Below are positions 26,764 to 35,736 of a DNA stretch of 64,000 bases, one piece after another; the stretch's first letter is position 1; each line of letters starts with the position of its first letter. A program made the translations under genes and the position numbers. This DNA comes from Candidatus Omnitrophota bacterium. GTDB lineage: Bacteria; Omnitrophota; Gorgyraeia; Zapsychrales; Fredricksoniimonadaceae. The notes under the pieces are model-generated. The model had not been told where the DNA came from, made no database searches, and saw only the letters and a program-made list of their open reading frames with translations. The stretch spans positions 39,307 to 103,306 of the forward strand of contig JAUSEK010000005.1 in NCBI GenBank assembly GCA_030650275.1. Direction: 5' to 3'.

Positions 26764-29065
26764 AGAATACATTGACCCGGTCGGAAAAAGCGTGCCCCGC
26801 ATTGACGGCAGGGGCATTGTCACCGGCCAGACCAAATACGCGTTTGACGTGGCTTTTCCCAACATGCTCGTCGGAAAAATGCTGCGTTCCCCGCATGCCC
26901 ACGCGCGCATCATTAGCATTGATACCTCTAAAGCCGAAGCATTGCCCGGGGTCAAGGCCATCATCACGGCCAGGGACACCGGCTTGATCAAGTTCGGTTC
27001 CAATGAATATTTCTTTCCGCACACCGTGGACCAGATGGCGCTTGAGGCGGACAAGGTGCGCTATATCGGCGATGAGATCGGCGCTGTGGCTGCCGTGGAT
27101 GAAGAGACCGCGGATGAGGCGCTCAAACTCATCGACGTAAAATATGAAATCTTGCCGGCTGTCTTTGACATTGAAGAAGCCATCAAGCCCGGCGCCCCGC
27201 AGATCCATGAATCCATGAACAATATCGCGGTCATTTTGCCGGTCAATTTCGGCAACCCGGAACGGGCCATGAAAGAATCTGACTATGTGCGCGAAGACAG
27301 GTTTTGGTGTCCGGCCGCCCATCACGCCGCCCTGGAGCCGCATGTCTGCGTGGGGCAATGGGAGACATTTTCCAATAAGATCACGCTGTGGTCGTCCAGC
27401 CAGGCGCCGTTCAAATGCCGCGAGGCCTTGGCCAAGACATTGAAGATGGACCTCAACGACGTGCGCGTCATCAAGATGGCGGTCGGCGGCGGTTTTGGCG
27501 GGAAACTGGAAATGCTGCCCATGGATTTCGCGGCCTGCCTTTTGTCAAAAAAAGCCGGCGGCTTGCCGGTCAAAATTTCTTTGAGCCGCGAGGAAGAATT
27601 TATCAGCACCCGCCGCAAGCACGGCATGATCTATAAAATAAAGACAGGGGTCAAGAAAGACGGCACCATCATGGCCATCACCGGTGAGGTTTTGGCGGAC
27701 GGCGGGGCGTATTGCAGTTATGGCCCGACGGTATTGGCCGCGGCCATCATGCGCATTTTCATGGTGTATAAGATCCAGCATTTCCGCATGAGCGGTTATC
27801 GTGTTTATACCAATACACCTGTCAGCGGGGCCATGCGCGGCTTCGGCGGCGTGCAAAGCGGGTTTGCCATTGAATCCCACATGGACATGATCGCCAGGGA
27901 CTTAGGCATGGACGCGGTGGAATTCCGTCTGAAGAACATCACAACGCCCAACATGGTCACGATCAACAAGATGGTCCTGACCACCAATGGTCTACGCGAA
28001 TGCATTGAAAAGGCCTGCGCCGCGGCCCAGTGGACCAAAAAACGGGGCAAACAGAAAAAATTGTGCCGGGGCATCGGCATCGGCATTGCCGCTGATGTCA
28101 TGGGTTCTAAAATGTACAAGTCGCACGAGAGCGCCGGGTCCATCGTCAAGGTGGAAGAGGACGGGTCGGTGTATTTATTTACCGGTGCCGCGGACACGGG
28201 ACAGGGGTCCAATACCGCGCTTTCGCAGATCGCGGCCCAGGAATTGGGGGTCAGCTACAGCCGCATCAAATGCAAATCCGGGGACACGGAGATCACCCCA
28301 TTTGACACGGGCAGTTTTGCCAGCCGTGTCACGTTCATTTCCGGCAACGCGACCGTGTTGGCCGCGCGCGACGCTAAAAAACAAATTTTAGACATCGTGG
28401 CCAAAGAGCATGGCCTTGACCCGGATGATCTGGATATCAAGTCGGAAAAGGTCGTTGTTAAGAAAGACAACAGCGTCCTTATGAATTTTGACAAAGCGCT
28501 GGAATTATGCTCTTCATTCAATTACGGCAAGCAGATCATCGGCAGGGGCAGTTATAATCCCAAGACAACTCCCATTGATTTTCGCACCGGTGAGGGAAAT
28601 GTTTCTGGCAGTTATGGATTTGAGGCGCAGATCGCGGAAGTGGAAGTCAACAAAGAGACCGGCCAGGTGAAAATTCTGGCCATGTGGGACGCGCATGACA
28701 TCGGCAAGGCCATCAATCCCCAGTCCGTGGAAGCGCAGATCGAGGGTTCCCTGGCCATGGGCATCGGTTATACGTTTTATGAGGACCTGCGGTTCAAGAA
28801 CGGCAGGGTCGCCAACGGCAATTTTGCCAATTACCGTTTGCCGCGCTCCATCGGCACGCCCCCCATGCATACGATCCTGGTGGAAACCAATGACCCTGAA
28901 GGGCCGTTTGGCGCCAAGGGCATGGGGGAGGCGTCGCTTCTGCCCACGTCCGCCGCGATTGCCAATGCCATTGAAGACGCCATCGGCGTGCGCATCAAGG
29001 ACCTGCCCATCACACCGGACAAAATTATTAAAGCGTTAAAAGAGACAGAAAAAATATTGTCTTAA
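26744..29065 (+). CDS. Xanthine dehydrogenase family molybdopterin subunit (HcrA-like)
   Basis: RSPHAHA, VGGGFGGK, AMRGFG, GQGS, GPFGAKGMGE. Confidence 0.93.
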   Translation: MKTKINKEYIDPVGKSVPRIDGRGIVTGQTKYAFDVAFPNMLVGKMLRSPHAHARIISIDTSKAEALPGVKAIITARDTGLIKFGSNEYFFPHTVDQMALEADKVRYIGDEIGAVAAVDEETADEALKLIDVKYEILPAVFDIEEAIKPGAPQIHESMNNIAVILPVNFGNPERAMKESDYVREDRFWCPAAHHAALEPHVCVGQWETFSNKITLWSSSQAPFKCREALAKTLKMDLNDVRVIKMAVGGGFGGKLEMLPMDFAACLLSKKAGGLPVKISLSREEEFISTRRKHGMIYKIKTGVKKDGTIMAITGEVLADGGAYCSYGPTVLAAAIMRIFMVYKIQHFRMSGYRVYTNTPVSGAMRGFGGVQSGFAIESHMDMIARDLGMDAVEFRLKNITTPNMVTINKMVLTTNGLRECIEKACAAAQWTKKRGKQKKLCRGIGIGIAADVMGSKMYKSHESAGSIVKVEEDGSVYLFTGAADTGQGSNTALSQIAAQELGVSYSRIKCKSGDTEITPFDTGSFASRVTFISGNATVLAARDAKKQILDIVAKEHGLDPDDLDIKSEKVVVKKDNSVLMNFDKALELCSSFNYGKQIIGRGSYNPKTTPIDFRTGEGNVSGSYGFEAQIAEVEVNKETGQVKILAMWDAHDIGKAINPQSVEAQIEGSLAMGIGYTFYEDLRFKNGRVANGNFANYRLPRSIGTPPMHTILVETNDPEGPFGAKGMGEASLLPTSAAIANAIEDAIGVRIKDLPITPDKIIKALKETEKILS

Positions 29066-29091
29066 CCCGATTTGAGGATATAATTGAATTT

Positions 29092-29466
29092 ATGAAATAT
29101 TTCGTCCTGTTGCTCCTGCTGGCCGTTGGTTCTTTGTCCGGATGTTCCTTTTATCAGGTTGATTCCAAAGGCACCACGCCGGATTTTTATGAGCCGAAAA
29201 AGAGCATCAATGACGTGGCTTATCTGGAAAAGATCGACCAGCCCTACGAGGAGATCGGTGTTGTGACCGTGATCACCGAACGCCGTCAGACCCTGGAAGA
29301 TGTTTTGCCCAAGCTGAAAAATGAGGCCGCGATCCTGGGGGGCGATGCCATCACCGATATCCAGACCGATGCCGATGATCTGTGGAAAAAGGTCAGGCCG
29401 CGCAAACTTTTCGGCAATGCCTATACGCGCGCCAAGTACACGGCCAAGGTTGTTGTTCTGAAATAA
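29092..29466 (+). CDS. Lipoprotein of unknown function
   Basis: Lipobox LSGC; YEEIG..LKNEAAILGGDAI. Confidence 0.75.
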   Translation: MKYFVLLLLLAVGSLSGCSFYQVDSKGTTPDFYEPKKSINDVAYLEKIDQPYEEIGVVTVITERRQTLEDVLPKLKNEAAILGGDAITDIQTDADDLWKKVRPRKLFGNAYTRAKYTAKVVVLK

Positions 29467-29475
29467 TTATTTTAG

Positions 29476-29552
29476 TGTCATGCCCGAATGTTTCTGTCGG
29501 GCATCTAGTGCATTAGTTTCTGGATTCCCGATAAAAGCATTCGGGAATGACA
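29476..29552. repeat. GTCAT(T/G)CCCG...CGGGAATGAC-type palindromic element between convergent genes
   Basis: TGTCATGCCCGAATG / CATTCGGGAATGACA termini with two internal hairpins. Confidence 0.8.
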
Positions 29553-29567
29553 AATCAGAAGGGACGC

Positions 29568-30152
29568 TTAAACAGCGTCCTTTTTTATTTGTTCTAATTC
29601 TTCGGGGGTGTTGAAGGTCTGGACAATGCCGGGATCATTGATCTCAAGGGTCTGCGGGGCATGGACGGCGAATAAACTGTTCAGGCCTTTGGAGGGGGAA
29701 AGGGCGAGGATCTCTGATTTAAGGGAAGCGTTGAACACCGGCGGGTGGCCGCGTTTGCTTTGGTAAGCCGGAATAAGGATAGCCGGATTGTTTTGTTTAA
29801 AATGACGGATGAGCGCATCCACGGTGGACGTCAGGATGAAAGGACAGTCCACAGGGGCCAGAAGCACGGCACGGGTCTCCTTCCCGACGATAGAAAGACC
29901 CGCCTGGAAGGAGGATGTCTGCCCTAATTTATAATCTTTATTATAGACAATACGGACTTTTTTGTGGTTAAATACATGCGGATTGACGGCGTCAAAATAC
30001 GCGCCCAGGACCACGATGATCTCATCCGCGATGGAACCCAACAGCGTGTTTTGCAGGTCTTCAATGGCTGTCCGTCGGGATGTTCTGGCCAGCGCCTTGG
30101 GGGAGCCGAATCTCTCGCTTTCCCCGGCGGATAAAAGGACACAGGAAATCAT
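29568..30152 (-). CDS. Molybdenum cofactor cytidylyltransferase (MocA-like)
   Basis: LLSAGESERFGSPKAL, DCP, RGHPP; next to a Mo hydroxylase. Confidence 0.85.
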   Translation of the reverse strand: MISCVLLSAGESERFGSPKALARTSRRTAIEDLQNTLLGSIADEIIVVLGAYFDAVNPHVFNHKKVRIVYNKDYKLGQTSSFQAGLSIVGKETRAVLLAPVDCPFILTSTVDALIRHFKQNNPAILIPAYQSKRGHPPVFNASLKSEILALSPSKGLNSLFAVHAPQTLEINDPGIVQTFNTPEELEQIKKDAV

Positions 30153-30187
30153 AACGGCATTATAGAACCCATGGGTCTTTTGTCAAA

Positions 30188-30484
30188 ATGATCGTTTTTT
30201 TACTTCTTGTTATTTCCGCTTTGGCCATTTTGATCACCTTCCGTCTTTTATCCAGGGGGGCTGGCGCACCTGCGCCGGCTGAATTGCCCGCGGCCATTGA
30301 TCTGCCCGAAAAATTTGAACGCCTGCTCTCGGAAAAGAACCAACTCATCGATCGCCTGGAAAAGCAGGTGGAAGCGGAACGTTCGCACCGGCTGGAATTT
30401 GAAAAGGTCAAGGAGCTGTTGGACGAAGAGATCTTAAGATTAAAAGAGCAGAACCGCGGCCTAAAAATTTCCAAGGAGTCCTGA
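30188..30484 (+). CDS. Hypothetical TM plus coiled-coil protein
   Basis: Hydrophobic N-terminus, coiled coil. Confidence 0.6.
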   Translation: MIVFLLLVISALAILITFRLLSRGAGAPAPAELPAAIDLPEKFERLLSEKNQLIDRLEKQVEAERSHRLEFEKVKELLDEEILRLKEQNRGLKISKES

Positions 30485-30486
30485 AT

Positions 30487-31038
30487 ATGCGTCGTATCCT
30501 GATTTTATCTGTTTTATGTTTTCTGTTCGTATCATTAACCAACGCGCAAGAGGAGAATTCCGTGCCCAAGAATCCCGTTGTTGTGTTTGAAACCACCCAG
30601 GGGGTGATCGAATTGAAATTATTCCCCGACATTGCCCCCAAGGCCTGCGAAAATATGGTCGGGCTGGTCAAAAAAGGATATTACAACGGTATTATTTTTC
30701 ATCGTGTGATCAAGAATTTCATGCTCCAGGGAGGTGACCCGACCGGCACAGGCAGCGGTGGGGAGAGCTTGTGGGGCGGAAAGTTCGAGGATGAATTCAG
30801 CTCTTTGTACAGTTTTGCTAAGCCCGGTATTCTGGCCATGGCCAATGCCGGCCCCGGCACCAACGGCAGTCAATTCTTCATCACCACGGCCTCGACCCCG
30901 TGGCTCAACAATCACCACACCATCTTCGGAGAGGTCTCCGCCGGTTATGACGTTGTGCAGAAGATCGAGAACACACCCGCCGGTCCGGGCGACCGTCCCG
31001 TCACCGACCAAAAGATCATCAAGGCCTACATAAAATAA
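30487..31038 (+). CDS. Cyclophilin-type peptidyl-prolyl isomerase
   Basis: FHRVIKNFMLQGGDP, AMANAGPGTNGSQFFIT. Confidence 0.97.
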   Translation: MRRILILSVLCFLFVSLTNAQEENSVPKNPVVVFETTQGVIELKLFPDIAPKACENMVGLVKKGYYNGIIFHRVIKNFMLQGGDPTGTGSGGESLWGGKFEDEFSSLYSFAKPGILAMANAGPGTNGSQFFITTASTPWLNNHHTIFGEVSAGYDVVQKIENTPAGPGDRPVTDQKIIKAYIK

Positions 31039-31040
31039 TC

Positions 31041-31067
31041 GTAGGGGCGGGGTAACCCCGCCCGTAC
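31041..31067. repeat. GTAG-type REP
   Basis: GTAGGGGCGGGG-TAA-CCCCGCCCGTAC. Confidence 0.8.
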
Positions 31068-31071
31068 ATCT

Positions 31072-31863
31072 ATGGAAGATATCCTCTACAAAGCCCTGCA
31101 GGCGGTCCAAAAGGGGCAGAGTTACGCGTTTGCCACCATCACAGAAGCTACACCCAAAGGCACTCCCCGCAAAACCGGCTCCAAAATGATCGTTTTTGAC
31201 GACGGGACGTCGTGGGGGACCATCGGCGGCGGCCGCAATGAGAAAGCCGCCATTGCCGAATGCCTCAAAGCCATTGCCGGCCGGAAACCCGTCAACGTCA
31301 CCTATAATTATTTCGGAAGGAAAGGGGAGTCGGTGTGCGGCGGCCAGATGAAGGTTTTTATTGAACCGTTCGCGCCGCAAAAGTATCTGGTCATTTGCGG
31401 GGCCGGCCATATAGCGCTTCCTTTATCAGCGATCGGAAAAATGCTCGGATTTAGGGTGACCATCATTGATAACCGCAAGGCCTTTGCCAATAAAAAACGG
31501 TTCCCGCACGCGGACCAGATCATTGTTGGTGATCATGCCAAAGAGTTGGCCAGGGTGTCCGTTGACCCCGATACGTTTATCGCCGTCGTGACCCAGGGCA
31601 ATGAATTTGACTATGAATGCATGAAGGCGGTGATCAGGTCGGATGCCGCCTATATCGGTATTATTTCCAGCAAGCCCAAAAAAGTCAAATTCTTCAAACG
31701 TTTGCGGGAAGAAGGCGTTGAGGAAAAATATCTCAAGCGCGTGCATATCCCCATGGGCATTGACCTCGGCGCCCAGACGCCCGAGGAGATCGCGGTTTCC
31801 ATATGCAGCCAGATGGTTGCTTTGAATAACAAGGACAGTATCGGAACGGTTAAATTTAAATAG
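31072..31863 (+). CDS. XdhC/CoxI accessory protein
   Basis: GTIGGG, CGG, GAGHIA, P.GIDLGAQTPEEIAVSI. Confidence 0.92.
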   Translation: MEDILYKALQAVQKGQSYAFATITEATPKGTPRKTGSKMIVFDDGTSWGTIGGGRNEKAAIAECLKAIAGRKPVNVTYNYFGRKGESVCGGQMKVFIEPFAPQKYLVICGAGHIALPLSAIGKMLGFRVTIIDNRKAFANKKRFPHADQIIVGDHAKELARVSVDPDTFIAVVTQGNEFDYECMKAVIRSDAAYIGIISSKPKKVKFFKRLREEGVEEKYLKRVHIPMGIDLGAQTPEEIAVSICSQMVALNNKDSIGTVKFK

Positions 31864-31873
31864 GGGGGACGGG

Positions 31874-32281
31874 ATGAACAAAGAAGAAGCCATTGATATT
31901 GTCCGCGACGCCGGGTTTGGGTTTTTGGCCACGGTGGGAGGGGACCAGCCGCACGTGCGGCCCATGATGCCTTATTTGACCGAAGAAGGGGAATTATTGC
32001 TGGCCCTTTTGGGCCGTTCGCGCACCATTTCTGATATCAAATCCAACCCCAAGGTTGAAGTGTGTTTCGTGGACCGCAAAATGTGGTATTGCCGCGTGAC
32101 GGGAACGGCTGTTTTGAGCGATGACGCGGCTAAGAAAAATCTGGTTTGGGAAGGCATCCCTATGCTGCGCCAGTATTTTGCCGGCCCGCAGGACCAGGGC
32201 TTCCATTTGGCGGTCATCACGATCAAAAGCATTGAAGCCATGACGCCCCACGGCCGCACGCCGGAACAGATCAACTTATAA
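31874..32281 (+). CDS. Pyridoxamine 5'-phosphate oxidase-like FMN-binding protein
   Basis: FLAT..DQPHVRP, IKSNPKVEVC. Confidence 0.85.
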   Translation: MNKEEAIDIVRDAGFGFLATVGGDQPHVRPMMPYLTEEGELLLALLGRSRTISDIKSNPKVEVCFVDRKMWYCRVTGTAVLSDDAAKKNLVWEGIPMLRQYFAGPQDQGFHLAVITIKSIEAMTPHGRTPEQINL

Positions 32282-32292
32282 AAGGAGGATTT

Positions 32293-32703
32293 ATGCACAT
32301 TGACAAAGAAAACGCGGAATTAAGCTGGATATCGATGGTCTTAAGGGTCGCCATGGCGTCTTTGTTCGCAGTGGCGGCTTACGGCAAATTCACCGGTTTG
32401 GAGAATTATACGGCCATGATCATGGGCATGTTCAAAGACACGTTTTTGCCCGCCTGGCTTTTATCGCCGTATGTCAATCTTTTGCCGTATGCGGAGGCCC
32501 TGGCAGCTATTTGGCTCTTGGTTGGGGTCAAGCTTAGGGAGGCCTGGGTATTTACGGCTTTTTTGCTGGTCAGTTTGGCATTTGGCATAATGGTGATCAA
32601 ACAGAGCGCGGCAGATAACTTTGTTTTTGTGCTGGTCGCATGCCTGGGGCTGTATGCCAGCCGGTATGATGCCTGCGCCTTAGGGAAATGCTGTAAGAAA
32701 TAA
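32293..32703 (+). CDS. DoxX-family membrane protein
   Basis: LR.......YGK, LPYAE..WLLVG; four TMs. Confidence 0.8.
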   Translation: MHIDKENAELSWISMVLRVAMASLFAVAAYGKFTGLENYTAMIMGMFKDTFLPAWLLSPYVNLLPYAEALAAIWLLVGVKLREAWVFTAFLLVSLAFGIMVIKQSAADNFVFVLVACLGLYASRYDACALGKCCKK

Positions 32704-32720
32704 GCCAGGGAATCCAGGCC

Positions 32721-32776
32721 TTGCGTATGCGGTGAATATGTGGTATATTTACCGCATAAGGTGCGGTGAATATGCG
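32721..32776 (+). promoter_or_regulatory. Promoter overlapped by palindromic/repeated operator
   Basis: TTGCGT-17-TATATT; TATGCGGTGAATAT-N5-ATATTTACCGCATA plus a third copy TGCGGTGAATAT at the start codon. Confidence 0.65.
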
Positions 32777-33872
32777 GTATATATATCAACTTAATAATTG
32801 GCCAAAATTCGCCTGGAACCATAAAAAGATCTCAGGCCTGCTTGGCCCCATACGCAATCGCCAGGGGCAGTTGACCGGGCGAATGGGGGCGATGGGATTT
32901 TTGCTGCGTTCGGAAGCCCTGCTGCAGACGCTCACGCTGGATGTCCTCAAAAGTAGTGAGATCGAAGGGGAACATCTTAACCCTGACCAGGTGCGTTCGT
33001 CTATTGCCCGTAAATTGGGGATGGACATCGGAGGACTTGTGCCTTCCGACAGGAATGTGGACGGTATGGTGGCCATGATGCTTGATGCGACCCAGTATTT
33101 TAATAAACCTCTGACGAAGGCTCGTCTGTTCGGTTGGCAATCCGGTCTTTTTCCAGGGGGTTATAGTGGAATGCACAAGATCGTCACCGGCGGCTGGCGC
33201 GATGACCGGCACGGTCCTATGCAGGTTGTTTCTGGCCCGGTTGGCAGGGAACGTGTCCATTTTGAGGCACCGGATGCCGCCCGTCTTGAAGCGGAAATGA
33301 AGACCTTCCTTCAGTGGTTCAATGCCGTAGCAGAGATCGACCCGGTCCTTAAAGCAGCCATCGCCCATTTATGGTTTGTGATCATTCATCCTTTTGAGGA
33401 TGGGAATGGACGTTTGGCCAGGGCGATAACAGACATGCAGCTGGCCCGTGCTGATGGCAGTAGCCAGCGTTTTTATAGCATGTCTGTGCAGATCGGGCAG
33501 GAAAGAAATACCTATTATACCATCCTGGAAAAAACACAGGAAAGCGATGACTTGGACATTACATCATGGCTGGAATGGTTCTTAAACTGCCTAGACCGGG
33601 CGATTACGGCAACCGAGAATACATTAGCCAAGGTCCTTAGGAAAGCCCGGTTTTGGGCGGAACAACCAGTTGCAGCCATTAACGAGCGTCAACGGACGAT
33701 GATCAACCGGTTATTTGACGGTTTTGAGGGGAAGTTGACGTCATCCAAATGGGCCAAGATCACCAAATGTTCGACTGATACGGCATTGAGGGATATCCTG
33801 GATCTTATTAAAAAAGGGGTCCTGACTAAGGAAATAGCTGGCGGGCGCAGTACAAGTTACCGTTTAATATAA
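32772..33872 (+). CDS. Fic-family protein (DUF4172-Fic-wHTH)
   Basis: HPFEDGNGRLAR, SSEIEGE, C-terminal CSTDTALRDI HTH. Confidence 0.93.
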   Translation: MRYIYQLNNWPKFAWNHKKISGLLGPIRNRQGQLTGRMGAMGFLLRSEALLQTLTLDVLKSSEIEGEHLNPDQVRSSIARKLGMDIGGLVPSDRNVDGMVAMMLDATQYFNKPLTKARLFGWQSGLFPGGYSGMHKIVTGGWRDDRHGPMQVVSGPVGRERVHFEAPDAARLEAEMKTFLQWFNAVAEIDPVLKAAIAHLWFVIIHPFEDGNGRLARAITDMQLARADGSSQRFYSMSVQIGQERNTYYTILEKTQESDDLDITSWLEWFLNCLDRAITATENTLAKVLRKARFWAEQPVAAINERQRTMINRLFDGFEGKLTSSKWAKITKCSTDTALRDILDLIKKGVLTKEIAGGRSTSYRLI

Positions 33873-33894
33873 GCAAAGAGAAGTTGTTTGTTGT

Positions 33895-33929
33895 AGAAAA
33901 CCCCTTGGAAGCCCAAGGGGTTTCTTTTT
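33895..33929 (+). terminator. Intrinsic terminator
   Basis: AAACCCCTTGG-AAGC-CCAAGGGGTTT followed by CTTTTT. Confidence 0.8.
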
Positions 33930-34206
33930 GCCCTATAATCCATATTCCCTGTATAAATAGTTAACATAACATGTATTATGGGAAGTAAAATAGATGACGG
34001 GAAAGGGGCTGGAACACAGCTATTTTTATCAGTTCTTGCGGTTAATCAGGCCCTTCACCCATGGATCATCCTTTCTTTGATTGCAGTTACCGTTGAGAGA
34101 TTTTATCCTCACGCCCAAACAAGCACCCTCATTTAATTAGCGCCTGTCACTGTCACCCTTTATTTTTTAATTTACCCTACACAAAGTAACAATCATGATA
34201 AGGCTA

Positions 34207-34953
34207 TTAACTTTGTTGAGGAATTAAAGGTACCGGCTTAATTTTTGAATCTAGTATCTTCTGCAATTCTTCTTTTTCTGATTTAAACTTCTTATCATCT
34301 AATGATGAAATTATTTCATAATACTCAGCAATTCTCTCTGAATCCCCTATTGGGCCAATTGCACGTAAAGATCCCTTAAGAAAATCTATGTGAAGCTTTA
34401 TCCATGAATCGTCAATGTGCGGACAATTGACATATTCCCTAATTGCTCTAGCAAACCAAACAGCAGCAGAAGAATGTTCGTTATTTTCTTTATAAATACG
34501 ACCTAATGCATTGTAATTATCCCCAGTTAACTCAATAATCTTATTACTAACATTACCTTTAAACTCATAGAATTTTTCATTAACCTTCTTCTCAAGATTG
34601 CTGGTCATCTGTTCAATATGGTCAACGAATTCTTTTTTAATTTCATTCCTTGCTTTGTTAACATCTGTTTTTAGTTCTTTTTTAATAAGACCAAAATTAA
34701 TTAAACCGGTTAAGCCGAGTATAATAGTTGTTAAAGAAATAAAAATAGTTATATTTGTTGAGTAACTTTGTCTTTGAGATTCCAGTAGTTCTTTATAGAA
34801 TTGATCATTCTGGGTAATCTTTTCTTCTAATATAGTTAAACGCTTATCTACAAGTTGTTCTTGGCCAGCCTGGGTAGCTTCTTTATTTGCACTGTAACAA
34901 ATACTTAGACAAATAAAATATGTTGTAATGAAAAGAATAGCACGCACTCTCAT
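34207..34953 (-). CDS. Low-GC hypothetical membrane protein (TM, coiled coil, TPR-like helix pair)
   Basis: 248-aa AT-rich ORF with a G-rich SD-like site (GGGGGA). Confidence 0.7.
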   Translation of the reverse strand: MRVRAILFITTYFICLSICYSANKEATQAGQEQLVDKRLTILEEKITQNDQFYKELLESQRQSYSTNITIFISLTTIILGLTGLINFGLIKKELKTDVNKARNEIKKEFVDHIEQMTSNLEKKVNEKFYEFKGNVSNKIIELTGDNYNALGRIYKENNEHSSAAVWFARAIREYVNCPHIDDSWIKLHIDFLKGSLRAIGPIGDSERIAEYYEIISSLDDKKFKSEKEELQKILDSKIKPVPLIPQQS

Positions 34954-35033
34954 CAGTATCCCCCCTATTTGTAAAATTGTTTCATTTGTTGAGGAAATAT
35001 TAGTAGAAAATTAGGAAAATTAGGGACAGCGCC

Positions 35034-35312
35034 CTATTTACCAGGTAATTGGCTGACAAAGGCGATGGCTTGGCCTACCCACCCTTTCATGGGGCGGCCG
35101 GTGATGTCAAAAGGTACGACATTCTTTTGTTTGAGCGTTTTGACAGCCTGCTCCTGCCCAAGGCGCAGGATCAGGTCTTTCTTCCAAATGCCGAAACACA
35201 TGTTGCCGCGCAAAAGAAATCCCATTCCGCCGAACATGTTTTGTTCATAAAAGTCCGTCCGCTTGGCGATCAAGGTCCTTAAACGTTTGGCTAACTGCTC
35301 ATCGTAGGCCAT
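35034..35312 (-). CDS. TfoX N-terminal domain protein (internally shortened)
   Basis: MAYDE.LA.R, MFGG..F..RGNM, GRPMKGWV. Confidence 0.85.
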   Translation of the reverse strand: MAYDEQLAKRLRTLIAKRTDFYEQNMFGGMGFLLRGNMCFGIWKKDLILRLGQEQAVKTLKQKNVVPFDITGRPMKGWVGQAIAFVSQLPGK

Positions 35313-35337
35313 AAATATTTAATATTGGTGATAGGCA

Positions 35338-35592
35338 CTATTTGATTATAAATTCTTTCCCCTTATCCGTAATGACCACCTCATCGCTTGAGTTGTCATA
35401 GGTGACCAGGCCTTCATTGACAAAGGATTCCATCATCAGGGAGAATCTTTGGTGCTGGATCAGATAGGTCTTTAGACAATAGTCGTGCAGATCTCCCAGG
35501 GACAGCGAGCCGCCCGATGTGTCCAAATGCTTCAAAACGCCTTTGCGGGCGCGTTCAAAGAATTCCTTGATTTTAGCTTCCTGGTCTTGCAT
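35338..35592 (-). CDS. Small winged-helix-like protein
   Basis: 84-aa ORF ending in a GLV...ITDKGK wing; own promoter TTGAAA-17-TAATCT. Confidence 0.65.
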   Translation of the reverse strand: MQDQEAKIKEFFERARKGVLKHLDTSGGSLSLGDLHDYCLKTYLIQHQRFSLMMESFVNEGLVTYDNSSDEVVITDKGKEFIIK

Positions 35593-35642
35593 GTGAGGGT
35601 TAGATTACTGCTTTTGGGAGGTTATTTCAAGGGTTTTGGGGC

Positions 35643-35671
35643 TTGACACAGGTAGGCTAATGTTCTATACT
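35643..35671 (+). promoter_or_regulatory. Near-consensus sigma70 promoter with no credible downstream CDS
   Basis: TTGACA(35643)-17 nt-TATACT(35666). Confidence 0.7.
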
Positions 35672-35677
35672 TCTTTT

Positions 35678-35736
35678 GTATCACGATGAGGGATCAACCA
35701 AAGGGTTCCGTCCCGCGGCTCATGTCCCTCTTTTTT
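35678..35736 (+). ncRNA. Putative ~60-nt small RNA convergent with the NYN gene
   Basis: Promoter, then GAGGGA/TCCCTC stem enclosing GGG-TTCCGT-CCC, ending in T6 at the NYN stop codon. Confidence 0.55.

Noticed and set aside
35686-35730. Hammerhead ribozyme or preQ1 riboswitch reading of the NYN-adjacent RNA
   Set aside because: GGACGGAAC resembles hammerhead stem II but there is no CUGANGA core; no preQ1 A-rich tail or que gene downstream
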